The notes: generated by a model from the letters alone, not told the origin. A DNA stretch of 64,000 bases from Octopus vulgaris (GCA_951406725.2 OX597823.1:51956001-52020000), one strand, 5' to 3'. Positions 1 through 13,308 are shown, counted from the first letter of the stretch. Made by a program: numbers and translations.

Positions 1-100
1 CCTCTACATATATTTTCAGTTAGCTGAACATGAAACTGTGGCCTCCAGCACGGAACATACATACAAAGATACAAACATATAGCTTTATACATTAAAACTT

Positions 101-278
101 AGGGGTCGGGGTAAATCGATTACATTGACCCCCATTACTTGAGTGAAACTTATTTTATTGATACTGAAGGGATGAAAGACAAAGTCGACCTCAGCAGAAT
201 TTGAACTCAGAACATAAAACCAGACGAAATGCCATTTAGCATTTTGGCCATTGTGTTAATAGTTGTGCCAGCTTGCCA
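101..278 (-). mobile_element. tRNA-derived SINE, family C
   Basis: Reverse complement matches the other family C copies (GGCGAGCTGGCAGAA...GTTCAAATTC...GTCGACTTTGCCTTTCATCC), e.g. 48685-48918. Confidence 0.85.
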
Positions 279-1029
279 CAGTCCAGTGCTTATATTTGGT
301 ATCTGAGGAGACAAGTTAAAACAACCTAATATATGTCAGTTTGTGCATAGATTATTTAATATTATCACATAAGAGTAAACAAAGAATCGTAATTAGTATA
401 TTATATATACCTCTGCAACAAAAATCAATGTGATAGGATTGTAGACATAGTTGTCATTTAAACACATAAAATTCATCAAAATTCATTTATACTATGCTTG
501 TGTTATAGTGACCTCAGATATCCTTCCTGGCTGAGTTAGATGTTCAGCATATATTTGGCAATCTGTATTAAAAGCATTTAACAGGGATAAGAGAATTAAA
601 GACAGGGATAATACAAGATTTGTTAGAAGGTGGAGGCCTCACAATTAAGGCTATGATGATAAAGGCTTTTGCATTTTGGATGATGTTGAGAGTATAGCAT
701 CAAAGATCAAATAGAGAGGAAATAGGAGATTAGTTAAAGCAAATGGAGATTTGCTTGGCAAAGGAACAGAATGCAAATGATGAGTTTGTAGGCTGTGTTC
801 TATAGAGATATATGTTTTAGCCAGAAACAATCAACCCATGAAATCTTATCACAGATTATGTTGTTATTGTTCTTGGAAGAGTTATCGCAAAAGTGATAAA
901 GTTTAAGAAATGTATTAACCTTATCATTAACTTGATTAAGATTTGTTTTGTTTCCTTGTTTCAACATTTCAGTTGATACATTCTCTGATTATTTTCAGAT
1001 GACATATTTTTACAATCAGATGTAAGCAA

Positions 1030-1047
1030 GCACACACATGCACGCAC

Positions 1048-1134
<87 letters not shown>

Positions 1135-1512
1135 CACACACAACACACACACACACACACACACATGCACACACAACACACACATACACACAAACACACA
1201 CATTCACGTGCATGCCACACATATACACATGCATGCACACACATACATACACACATACAGACAGACATGCACATACACTCACATGCATACACATGCATGC
1301 ATATATATGCATGCACACTCACACATATTTACACACAAACGTGCATATATATATATATAAACCAACACAGACACACAATATGTACCTTTAAACAACAGAG
1401 GAACATATATGCAAACATACATATTCAAATAAACACGTGTACATGCCTGCACACACACACACATCTATGTATAAATCTATATATACGTATACACACATAC
1501 ATACATATATAT

Positions 1513-1565
<53 letters not shown>

Positions 1566-1570
1566 TATAC
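1030..1570. repeat. Compound (CA)n/(TA)n microsatellite
   Basis: Long pure CA run decaying into CATA/TA repeats; source of the spurious VC/HT ORFs. Confidence 0.95.
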
Positions 1571-2089
1571 AAACAAAGGGTGCACAATGCAACTGTAGGC
1601 ATAAAACGTAAGGGAATAACATCACACAGCAAAAAACATCACACTCCAAGAGAAAAAGCATACAAGATGCATGAAAGAAAGACTCCTTTTAATAATGATG
1701 GACCTTATGCAGCCAGGAAAGCAATTGCATGCCCCATGACACCTGTTCTGCCCATCCACGAGCACATGACAATAATGTGCTACAAGTTGTTGGTATTGTT
1801 GGGATGCTGGCTTGCCCCAACCCACAGAAGTTTTCTAATGGAAGCAGCAGTGTTATCAATTCAAATCAGAAGGATTAGAAAGTCACAAAATGTTCACAAG
1901 GTTCTCCAGAGTCATGTAAGATATGAACAGACCTCTCTTCATCATGTAGGACAGGTATCTGATGTTTGTATGCATGCTGTATACATATGATAATGAAGAA
2001 AATGTCACCAACGGCCCATGTGTAATTACATTTCTGATACACACACAAACACATATATGTATGCATGTAGGTATATATACAATGGACTT

Positions 2090-2235
2090 CCACATAGTTT
2101 CCTTTTACAAAACTCATTTGTAAGGCATTGGTCTATTTGAAGCTAAAGTAAAAACACTTGCCCACAGTGCCATGCACTAGAATTGAACCCAAAATGATAT
2201 GGCTGCAAAGGGAGGTTTTTAACTACAGTTATGCT
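2090..2235 (-). mobile_element. SINE family A, degraded 5' half
   Basis: ACACTTGCCCA..GTGCCATGCA..TGAACCC matches the family A head. Confidence 0.6.
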
Positions 2236-3114
2236 GGCAAAGCACACATCAGCTCGAAATACAAGTATTAATTACCAAATCCTTTCATTTTATTTAAACT
2301 AGATACGAAATAACAGCTACATATTTTATCTTATTAGTATTATTTTTTTTTCATTTTGGGGTCATGTGTGAATGTATATGATTGTGTAGAAATAGATATG
2401 AACTGAGTGAATATGCATGTAAGCACGTTTTTGAACTTATACAACCTTTTGTAGATATACGGATGTGTATTTTTAGACATATCGATATATATATATATAT
2501 ATGTGTTCAAGTGTAGAAAAATTACAGTGGTGTATATGTACATGGGAGAGTGTGAGTGTGTGTGTTTGCAAGTGTATAGATATGCACAACTGCTTTTTGC
2601 CAACTGTTCTCATCACTGCTACTATCTAAACCATTTATCATTTTTAACTTAAAATTTCCTTTGATCTATGACAGCTTAGGAAGTTACCTTTCCTTTCTTT
2701 TCCTTAGACATACTGATCACAGTCTTCTTTCTTTCTTTATTCCACTGATAAAATAAAAATAATGGCCTTCTTTTTCTCACTGCTATAAAAAGATTGTTCT
2801 TTTATGTTTATACACAGTTCCACATTTAGCACTGTCAACCAACTAATGCTGGTTAATAATAATGAATGGAAATAATATTTTCTTCTGAAGATCTGATATG
2901 TCAATGTTCTTATGTAGTAATTGACTTTATAATTACCTCGTAATATACAAGTATTTCACAGTGAAATACATATAAAGTTTATATAATTTAAGATATAATT
3001 TAAAAATGTAAACTAGTTCCTCTGTTTTATTCTACTCTTGGAGATATATATATATATATATATATATAGATAGATAGATGTGAATATATATATTTTAATA
3101 TTTCACTTAAGCAT

Positions 3115-3400
3115 GTGGAGGCACGTGGCCTAGTGGTTAGAACAGCGGTCGAGGGATCACGGGTTTGACTCTCAGACTGGGTAATGTGTGTGTTTATGAG
3201 CGAATCACCTAAGCTCCACAGAGATCTGGGAGACTTCTGCTGACTCTTTCATCTCAACTTTCTCTCAGTCTTTCCTCTTGCATATAGCAGCTCACCTGCA
3301 ATGGACCGGTGTCCTGTCCAGGTGGGGAACTTATATGCTAGTAAAACCAGGAAACTGGCCCTTATAAGCCAGGCATGGCTCGAGAAGGAACAAACAACAA
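3115..3400 (+). mobile_element. tRNA-derived SINE, family D
   Basis: GGAGGCACGTGGCCTAGTGGTTAG box-A-like head, GAGCGAA..ACCTAAGCTCCAC body shared with 47468-47780, ACAA-rich tail. Confidence 0.75.
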
Positions 3401-3451
3401 ACACTTAAGCATAGTGATACTAATAACCTGGTGTTAGAATTCAATATCATT

Positions 3452-3838
3452 CTTTCTTTTATTCTTTTACTTGTTTTAGTCATTTGACTGTGACCATGCT
3501 GGAGTACTGCCTTAAAGGGTTTCAGTCAGACAAATTGTTTTACAAAGCCTAGTACTTATTCTGTCAGTCTCTTTTGCCAAACTACGGAGATGTAAACACA
3601 CCAACATTAGACGTCAAGCAGTGATGGGGTGACAAACACAGACTCAAACATGCACACACAGATATATACATATCTGTACAACAGGCTTCTTTCAGTTTCT
3701 GTCTGCCAAATCCACTCACAAGGTCTTGGTCAGCCTGAGGCCATAGAAGACATTTGCTTGAAGTGCCATGCAGTGGGACTGAACCCAGGACCATGTGGTA
3801 GGGAAGCAAGTTTCTTACCACACAACTACACCTGCACC
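3452..3838 (-). mobile_element. tRNA-derived SINE, family A (full length)
   Basis: Head TGTGTGGTAAGAA..GGTTCAGTCCC, central microsatellite, tail CAGCATGG..CAGTCAAATGACT..AACAAGTAAAAGA. Confidence 0.9.
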
Positions 3839-4259
3839 TTTATCATTATATTCTATTTCTCAGAGTTCTCGGTCTTACTTGCTCTGATTGTTTCTGTGAG
3901 AGTAGTCAACAACCTGTTGTCAGAAGTCTCTCAGCATCTCATTCGAAAAATTTATAAGACCTGGTACGCAAAACACAAGCACCAATCTCAAAATCCAAGC
4001 TGTCTAGCTGAACTTGGTTGTTCCTGCTTTGAGTACCTCTACAACTACTGGGATAAGAGTTACTCTTCTCATTGCCCACATTCTTGCAGTTTCGTCTTTT
4101 AGTAATCTATATTTTTCCACCTCTCCCAGCTCTTTGTACCTATGTGTGTAACTCCAGGTGTGGCAATATCTAAGAATAAACAGCCAAGAAATTATGACAA
4201 GGGGTGCACTGGTAATACACTGATTTTCAACCCTATCAAATATATAAACCTATATACAA

Positions 4260-4294
<35 letters not shown>

Positions 4295-4305
4295 CACATA
4301 TATAT

Positions 4306-4676
4306 TTACTCTTACTCATTTACTTATTTCAGTCATTTGACTGTGGCCATGCTGGAGCACCGCTTTTTGTCGAGAAAATCAACCCCAGGACTTATTCTTT
4401 GTAAGCCTAGTACTTATTCTATCGGTCTCTTTTGCCGAACACACAAGCATCAGTTGGGGGACAAACACAGACACACAAACATATACACACACACACACAC
4501 ATACATATATATGTATACATATATACGACAGGCTTCTTTCAGTTTGCGTCTACCAAATCCACTCAGAAAGCCCGAGGCTAGAGTAGAAGACACTTGCCCA
4601 AAGTGCCCCGTACTAGGACTGAACCTGGAACCATGTGGTTGGTAAGCAAGCTACTTACCACACAGCCACTCCTATG

Positions 4677-4680
<4 letters not shown>
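4306..4680 (-). mobile_element. SINE family A
   Basis: Same head, central CA/TA tract and tail as other family A copies. Confidence 0.9.
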
Positions 4681-4720
<40 letters not shown>

Positions 4721-5084
4721 CATTCATACGTACATCTGTGAGTGTGTGTGTGAGTTGTTATTCAAAAATATAGCTTGATTTCTTTTTTAATGTTTATATG
4801 TTTATCTTCTTTAAATTCAAGTTATATTTCATGATATAATTGAACTACTGATCTAAACCTGATTTTTTTTTTTGTTTATATCAAGCTTTGTATAAAACCA
4901 TGAATGAAAAAAGGGCAAGTCGTTTAGTTCTATAATTACAATGCTTTTGTTTGTGTATGTGTGAGTGTGTGCGTGCATGTGTATGCCCATGCACACACAT
5001 ACATATATGTTTATAATTATATATTTGTATGTATCTATATTATATACACTAGGCAAATATATATATGTATATAGTTACAGTGTG

Positions 5085-5182
<98 letters not shown>

Positions 5183-5274
5183 TAAAGTATGTATGTATAT
5201 AGTTTTGTATGTATACAGTTACAGTGTATGTATATATATATTTATATATATTCACACACACACATATGTACATC

Positions 5275-5808
5275 TCTTTTACTCTTTTAGTTGTTTCAGT
5301 CATTTGACTGTCGCCATGCTGGAGCACTGCCTTTAGTTGAGCAAATTGACCCTAGGACTTATTCTCTGTAAGCCTAATACTTATTCTATCAGTGTTTTTT
5401 GCCGAACCACTAAGTTACGGGGATATAAGCACACCAGCATCGGTTGTCAAGCAATGTTGGGGGGACAAACATATACGCACACATACTTATATATCATCAT
5501 CATCATCATCATCATCGTTTAGCGTCCGTTTTCCATGCTAGCATGGGTTGGATGGTTCTACTGGGGTCTGTGAAGCCAGAAGGCTTCATCAGGCCCAGTC
5601 AAATCTGGCAGGGTTTCTACGGCTGGATATATATACATATATATATTGATGGGCTTCTTTCAGTTTCCATTTACCAAATCCACTCACAAGGCTTTGGCCG
5701 GCCTGAAGCTATAGTAGAAGACACCTGTCCAAGGTGCCACGCAGTGGGACTGAACCTAGAACCATGTGTTTCATAAGCAAGTTACTTACCACACAGCCAC
5801 TCCTACGC
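5275..5808 (-). mobile_element. SINE family A with a nested RTE 3' end at 5495-5625
   Basis: Family A halves flank a (CAT)n-CGTTTAGCGTCCGTTTTCCATGCTAGCATGGG segment. Confidence 0.88.
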
Positions 5809-5937
5809 TTATGTATACATATATATGTATATGTATATACATATCAACACACACACACATAGACATTCATAAATATTCACACACATATCTGTACATATTT
5901 ATATACATTTACATGTATATATGCATATATATGCATA

Positions 5938-5979
<42 letters not shown>

Positions 5980-6047
5980 TATATATGTATGTATATATAT
6001 ATATATGTATGTATGTATGTATATATGTATATGTATATATATATGTA

Positions 6048-6098
<51 letters not shown>

Positions 6099-7054
6099 GG
6101 GGAGCTATATGTATACATATACATATATTCATACAGACAGACACAAACATTTAATTTCTGTCACATTAATACATATATTCACTTTTCTTACTCCACATCC
6201 AGATATAAGCCAATCATTTGTCCATTACTACTACATAGAATCTGAAGTTTTATGGTTGAAAACTGCCATAAGCCTTCACAAACATTCTTGCATCCACTCA
6301 TTCATAAGTTCACACATAGACACTCATCTTCTATCCAGCTAGAAACAGTTTTACACTAGAATAGTTTCACACTCATATCTGTATGCATCATATCTCCAGT
6401 ACATGTTTCTCTCACATACCACTATATTTGTTCATCATAACTCATATTCAATAATCAAACTGGCCAGTTTGTTCACGCATACACATACACATGCAAATAT
6501 GCATGTGCTAGATCTCCTACATGCATACATCGATACATAAACTAATAGTCTACTTATATATATATAGTTGTAAATGTCACATACACTCACACACACACAC
6601 TCTTTCTCTCTCACTCGCTCTCTCATTTTATTACATACACATTGAATAATCAAGTTAACCTCACTGCCATTACTATAAACCTCTCTATATGCTTAAGCAT
6701 TTGCAGCACACAAATACATACATATACAGACGCAAACACTGTCGTATATGCATATACACAATCTCACGCATCAGTTCATGTCACACATAGCAGATTTACA
6801 GCTGTGTTGCAACAAGCACTCAAAACCCTCAATGCCAATATGCCATTCATTAATAGACTATGTAATAGACAGTGTTATAAAGTCGTGGTAGTATCCTAAA
6901 TTGTCTTCAGTAGGAAGCTGAAAGTTATTATGAAGATGTAATCGTAACACAAGCAGAGTATCATCATACTATATACACATATATGTGTAGTGTGTACATG
7001 TGCATATGTACACTCACACACATATATTTGTGCATGCTTACATACATATACATA

Positions 7055-7140
<86 letters not shown>

Positions 7141-7266
7141 TAGATATATATAGACATATATATGCACAAAGATACACACACACACATTTATACATGACTG
7201 AGTGGACAAACGAAAGAAAGGGGCACTCAACACATTTACTGTTTTAAATAGTATGTATGCATGTAT

Positions 7267-7297
<31 letters not shown>

Positions 7298-7534
7298 CAT
7301 GTATGTATATATATATATGTATGTACTTTGGCACCAAGTATGTCATTTTATTTTACAGAGACCTAAATATGAGTTGCTAATAATATTTTTGGTATAATGT
7401 GCTAGGATATCTATAAACACAGATATTAGCAAACACATACAAATCTACGTATATCATCTTTTATAACATTTTTTATCAATAAGAAAATGCAAAATCAACA
7501 CACATGTAAAGTATACAGAAAAATCTACACACAG

Positions 7535-7704
7535 ATAGCCACTGGCTTGTATGGTAAGAAGCCTGCTTCCAGACTACATGGTTCTGGGTTCAGTCTCACT
7601 GTGTGATACCTTGAGCAAGAGTGGGCAAGAGTTTTATGTTATAGTCATAGGCCAACCAAAGCAATGTGAGTGGATTTGTTATAAAGAAACTGAAAGAAGC
7701 CTGT

Positions 7705-7706
<2 letters not shown>
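7535..7706 (+). mobile_element. SINE family A, 5' half
   Basis: TGGTAAGAAGCCTGCTTCC..GGTTCAGTCTCACTG..GAAACTGAAAGAAGCC followed by (TA)n. Confidence 0.8.
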
Positions 7707-7760
<54 letters not shown>

Positions 7761-7859
7761 AGCTTAGAGAAGAAGAAGAAACGAAACGAAAAGAATCGAA
7801 TCGATGCGAGGGCACTCAGTCATACAATAGTGTAATAAATAAAATATATGCATACATAC

Positions 7860-8330
7860 AAACATATATGTACGTACCTACATTTACATGTATATATACA
7901 TGCATATATAAATATATATACGTGTGTACAGGACACCACAAATAGACGTAGAACTCAACGAGAAACGAAAAAGTAAAAACAGCATGGAACAGAACATTTT
8001 TTTAACAATGCAAAAACAGAGTACAAGACAACTACACAAGGAAAAATCCCCTTCATCAGCTGTCCCGAGTTCAACTCCAGCATGTTTCGAAGGTGAGGAC
8101 AGAACACGTCTCATCGAACTAGTCCTTCTTGCGAAAGAATTAAATACAATTCCTTTGCAGAGGGGTAAAAACAAGGAAAAAAATGTGACAAAAACAGGAC
8201 GTAAAAACAATACAATTAAAAACAAATACAAAATAAAAATATAATTACAAAAAATACAGTACAAGAAGGAATAGAAACAGGACAGGAAAACAAATAATGA
8301 GGGCCTATAAGCCTAGACGAGGAAAAAATT
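7860..8330 (-). mobile_element. Probable PLE-type terminal fragment
   Basis: T-rich on the minus strand, flanked by TA tracts, carries CGAAAC...CTGATGAAGG; similar sequence at 37270-37400. Confidence 0.4.
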
Positions 8331-8343
8331 TTTATATACATAT

Positions 8344-8727
8344 CATGATAGATCGCTAGCCACACATTCTTTATTTTCTCTCCTTGTTTCTTTCTGTGGA
8401 AGAGCGTAGCCTCGAAATGTTAAAGACTTTTTCACTTCCCGACCACGTTATACTAATACATCTCTTTGTTGTCTATGCCACCTGTTTTCGTCTTGTTTTT
8501 TTTTAAATTCTCCCTATATATATACATATATATCAGTTGCCATGATAGATCGTTAGCCACTACACACATTTTTTTTCTCTCCTTGTTTATTTCTGTGTCC
8601 CTTTGTGTAGAAGTGGGTAGGCTCGAAACGTAAAAGACTTTTTCTATTCCTGAGTGTTATACTAATATATCTGTTTGTTTTGTACACCACCAGTCTTCGT
8701 CTTTTGTTTTTTCATAAACTCTCCCTA
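8344..8727 (+). mobile_element. Two tandem ~200-nt hammerhead-bearing units (family H1)
   Basis: CATGATAGATCG starts at 8344 and 8541; each unit has a degenerate hammerhead (8389-8426, 8600-8637) and ends TCTCCCTATATA. Confidence 0.75.
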
Positions 8728-8821
8728 TATATATACATATATATAGGGAGAATTTACAAAAAACAATAGTAATAATATTCCCAAATATTATTATTATTAT
8801 TATCATTATATATATATTATC

Positions 8822-8866
<45 letters not shown>

Positions 8867-9045
8867 TTCGAGAATAAATTATTATTCTAACCTTACAGGT
8901 AAAATTCAGTATAGTAATATTAGACCAAATTTCGTAATATATAATATATGTATATAACTAACTCACAGCATGGTTTGGGATGGGTTCTTCATTGACTGAG
9001 TTGTGGAATGGTGTTTCATCTTTAAATTAGTTATATATATATATG

Positions 9046-9215
9046 TTGGATATGTTGGTGTTTACACTTAGTGGCTTGGCAAAAGAGAAAGATAAAATAA
9101 GTACTAGGCACAAAAAATAAATAAGTATTTGGTTCAATTCCTTTGACTAAAATTTTTAAAGACAGTACTGTAGTATGGCCACAGTCTCATGGCTGAAATG
9201 AATAATAGCTAAAAA
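9046..9215 (+). mobile_element. SINE family A, 3' half
   Basis: TGTTGGTGTTTAC..GGCAAAAGAG..AATAAGTACTAGGC..TGGCCACAGTCTCATGGCTGAAA. Confidence 0.7.
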
Positions 9216-9319
9216 AATCATACCATACCTGAATAATTAACTATGAAATTAACAGTTAAAATTCTGTGATGATGGTATAATTTGTTACCGTGTAATTCTT
9301 TTGGTCCCTTTGTGACAAT

Positions 9320-9510
9320 TAATGGACAAAATTCTTAGTGGTATTTTATCCGTCTTTATGATCTGCGTTCAAATTCTACTGAGGTTGACTTGGCCTTTCA
9401 TCTTTTCAGGGCCAATAAATTAAATACCAGTAGAGAATTGGGGTCGGTGTTATCGACTTAACCTCTCCCTCAAAATTTCAAGCCTTATTCCTATAGTAGA
9501 AAAGATTATT
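9320..9510 (+). mobile_element. SINE family C
   Basis: GTTCAAATTC..GAGGTTGACTTGGCCTTTCATC..TAAATACCAG. Confidence 0.8.
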
Positions 9511-9669
9511 TATAACATTATCTGCTTCAAGATTCCCTAAAAGAATTATATATATATATATATATATATATAACGGGAAGCTTTATGAAAATAAACAAAA
9601 GACGAAGGCACATGGAGTACAAACAAACAATTGTATTAGTATGGCGCTCAGGAATATAAATAAAGCAAG

Positions 9670-9707
9670 TCTTTTACGTTTCGAGCCTACGCTCTTCAAC
9701 AGAAAGA
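9670..9707 (-). ncRNA. Minimal hammerhead-like motif (H1, CUGUUGA core) in element 9572-9775
   Basis: UCUUU CUGUUGA A GAGC GUAG GCUC GAAA CG UA AAAGA: helix I UCUUU/AAAGA, helix II GAGC/GCUC. Confidence 0.7.
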
Positions 9708-10411
9708 TACACAGAAAAGAAACATGGAGAGAAACAAGGAGAGAAAAAAAATGCGTGCAGAAGCTAGCGATGTAATATGTGACAATTATTTGGTAGCCAA
9801 GATAAAATTCCGAGTTTCGGAAAAATGCTATGACTATATATATATATATGCACTCTCTCCTCTTCTGTCTTTGATTTTTTTTCTCTCAGTGTTTGCGTGG
9901 GAGTGTGTATGTAGCATCCATTTACCCATTAACTGCTATTAAGATAACATGCTATATGTTCGTCTGTTTTTTTGCAAATAGGATTACAGTTCATTGGTCT
10001 ATGAAACTCATCTTTTAAAATGAAATATTTTTTATTTCAATTATCAAGATATTTTCATCTCCCATCATCATCATCATCATCATCATCATTGTATTTATGT
10101 CCACTTTTCTATGCTTGCTTATATCAGATAGAATTTTGTGGAAGCAAATTTTTTTTATAACACAGTGCCCTTTCTGTCACCATCTCTCACCTGTTTCTAT
10201 AATGGGACATGTTTTCATGGAAGATTAGAAATGAAAATGGCATTTGTTTACAATTTCCATGTAATATCAAAGCAAGGAGGCAAGGAAACACAATACTATG
10301 CACACACTTACACATGCACATACACACACACATGCACGAACACATGCACATACACACACACATGCACGAACACATGCACACACACACAAACAAAAATATA
10401 TATGTTGAGCT

Positions 10412-10525
10412 TTATTGGCCTGGAGCTATAGCAGAAGACACTTGCCCAAAATGCCAAGCAGTGGACATGAACTTGGAACAATGTAGTTAAGAAGCAAACT
10501 GCTTACCACACAGCTATAACTGTGC
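10412..10525 (-). mobile_element. SINE family A head fragment
   Basis: GAAGACACTTGCCCAA..CTTACCACACAGC. Confidence 0.7.
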
Positions 10526-11199
10526 CTCAAAGCAAAAATGTTAATCCCATTAGCAACTCATTTGAGAAATTCAAATATTTCGCATTTCCGAATATTATTT
10601 CATTTTCATAAAATATTTTCACTATTTCTATATAAATTTGTAGAATACGTAGCAACGCATAAAAGGAAATGCCTTCGTTATTCAAATTCTATCAGGATCA
10701 ACTTTACATTCTATCATTCTTGGGATCAATGAAATAGGAACTTTGGTAGAATTGGGTATGGTGTAATTGACTGTCTCCCACTAATAAATTTTGTGGCCTT
10801 GTGGACATTTTAGAAATCACTATTTTTATTTATGCAATCAAGGAATGACTTAGATTAATTATGAATTTTCAACGTTAATAAATTTATATCTCTTATAAAT
10901 TCACACAGGAAGCAAAATGCAGTGCTCCCACACTGAGAACTAAAATCATCAAGGTTATGGCGTAACTTAGAAATATTTTATGATCATTAGTTTAAAGTAA
11001 ATGTTTAAGAACGATGTAATATGTATCATGCTTTAAATCAAGATGTAAAGTCAAACACATGCACTCACACACAAATGTAATTTGTACACTATAAATTAAT
11101 CAATCACACGCAAACACACTCACACACACTCACTCACACACACACACACATGCACACACACACATACACACACACACACACACACTATATGCATAATAT

Positions 11200-11641
11200 A
11201 TATGAGTGTGATCATTACCACGGCTGCTGACTTGCATCTGTGCTGGTGTCACATAGAAAAGCACCATTTGAGCATGATTGTTGCCAGCGTCGCCTTACTG
11301 GCACCTATGCCAGTGGCATGTGAAAAACAACATTCGAGCGTGGTCGTTGCCAGTGTCACCGGACTGGCTTCTATGCAGGTGGCACATAAAAAACACCATT
11401 TGAACGTGGTCGTTGCCAGTACCACTTGACTGGCCCTTGTGCTGGTGGCATGTAAAAGCACTCACTACACTCTCAAAGTGGTTGGCATTAGGAAAGGCAT
11501 CCAGCTGTAGAAACTCTGCCAGAACAGTTTGGAGCCTGGTGCAGCCTTCTGGCTTGCCAGTCCTCAGTCAAACCACCCAACCCATGCCAGCACGGAAAGC
11601 AGACATTAAACAACAACGATGACGATGATGATTATGATGAT
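11200..11641 (+). mobile_element. RTE-like LINE 3' end with internal minisatellite
   Basis: GTGGTTGGCATTAGGAAAGGCATCCAGCTGTAGAAAC..CCATGCCAGCACGGAAAGC..(GAT)n tail; family tied to RTE coding sequence at 52135-52612. Confidence 0.8.
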
Positions 11642-12130
11642 ATAAACATTTATAGATATGCACATATATGTCTATGCATACAAATATTTAAACCTTCACA
11701 TGTAACACACACACACAGTAGGTGTAAATTATACAGTTATATATATTTATGCATGTGTTTGAGTATTTATGTTTTAGTGTATATTAGGTATACACAACAT
11801 ATATACATCCCTATATAAATATACAAACATACATGCATACATATAGTTGCAGATATAAATGAACGACTGCAGTGATACAAGGATATACATATTTATGCAG
11901 GAGTCAGTATTTAATATTGCCCAGAATTTATTTATGAAATCATACTCCCCACAGAGAGCTTACAGGGTTCACAATCAAAAGATTCAACTTAGTTGGAGTG
12001 CATTCTGCTTTAATGTATTAGGAAAATACACATCATTTACTTAAATTCTATAGATCTATGTTGATGTTTGTGAAAGGGACTGACACAAAGCATAAGTGAA
12101 CATTTTCTAAGAGATGTTACAGCAAACGAG

Positions 12131-12290
12131 CTAATTAATTTCATAGACGCTATTTGTGTTTACACTTTGACTAAAACATTTGTCTATTAAAGTCTCCCAT
12201 GAGAAAATGTTTGCAGGCCTGTTTGGCAACTGAATTTGAACTAGTTGCATCATATTCTCCTTCAGTGTAGTCAGAGCCATGTATGCTGCT
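12131..12290 (-). CDS. Candidate terminal coding exon of an unidentified gene
   Basis: Acceptor CCTTATATTTCTACTTTAG, then open frame AAYMALTTLKENMMQLVQIQLPNRPANIFSWETLIDKCFSQSVNTNSVYEIN*; non-repetitive; minus-strand AATAAA at 11927-11932. No homology recognised. Confidence 0.3.
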
Positions 12291-12434
12291 CTAAAGTAGA
12301 AATATAAGGAATCTGTATAATCTGTGAATAATCAAAAGTTACATTTAGCAAGCAAGTTTAGTGCAGTATGACTCCTTCGAAATATGATGTTTATATTATT
12401 AAAGAATGATGCTACACACATGCCCACACACATA

Positions 12435-13302
12435 CGAGGTGGTGTCAAAAGGTTCACAGACTAGTTACATTTGATAAAAAAAAATTAATTATTTACCTAG
12501 GTTTTACCTTAACATCATCTCTTCAAAATAGTCACCATGTGCAACAATACACAAATCCCAGCATTCCTGCCACTTTTGCAATCCAGCCTGAAAGTCATTC
12601 TCCATAGGTGAGTCTCTCTGGATCTCGACAATGTTGTTAAAACAGCGATCTTTGCGCTACATTTTTATCTTGGGGGAAGAAATGGAAGTTTGTAGGTGCT
12701 AAATTTGCTGAATAGGGTGGTTTCAGAAGTGCTACCATGTTGGGTGAATTGCCATTGTGAAGAATCCAATTCTCCATGCTCTACAAATTCGGTCACTTTC
12801 ACTGAATGTCCTCCCTCAAGCACTTCAAAACATTGCAGCAGAATTCTTGATGGACAATCTCACCCTGGGAAATAAATTTTTGATGGACAACACCATATTT
12901 CCAGGGATGACACTCATAGCAGGTCCTCCAAATCATTTATCATCTTCCAGGGATGTTCTTCTGCTTTTGAAGTGTCCGTGCTACGTGAAACATTGTATAC
13001 AACCCATTGCCTCCTCATCGTAAGCTTGCTGATAAATACTTAATGTCTCTACAGCAGACCTCCCTAGTTTAACGCAAGATTTCGTGTTGGCGCTTTGTTC
13101 CTATCCATGACAAAATCACAGACTACAGCATACATGAGATCTGAAAGACACAAATTTCACATGCTGCGAAGTAAATACAGTGATGTCACTCAGCACACTG
13201 CCTCATGAAGGTCACTGCTAGCACTCATTGTGCATATGATCCTGTGCTGCCACCTGTTGGTGTGCTACCAAACTAATCCAGGCATTTTTTGATACCACCT
13301 TG
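12435..13302 (-). mobile_element. mariner fossil with internal deletion
   Basis: TA-flanked TIRs CGAGGTGGTGTCAAAA / TTTTGATACCACCTTG; C-terminal remnant ENDFQAGLQKWQECWDLCIVAHGDYFE. Confidence 0.9.
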
Positions 13303-13308
13303 TATATA

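Noticed and set aside
961-1661. Overlapping ORFs rich in CV/HT/YI (and many similar ones across the window)
   Set aside because: Translations of CA/TA/CATA microsatellites that lack stops by composition
1580-2030. 136-aa ORF in non-microsatellite sequence
   Set aside because: No recognisable domain or splice support; probably a decayed TE that could not be classified
11240-11460. CRISPR-like periodic repeats
   Set aside because: Contiguous tandem units without unique spacers, inside a LINE UTR in a eukaryotic context
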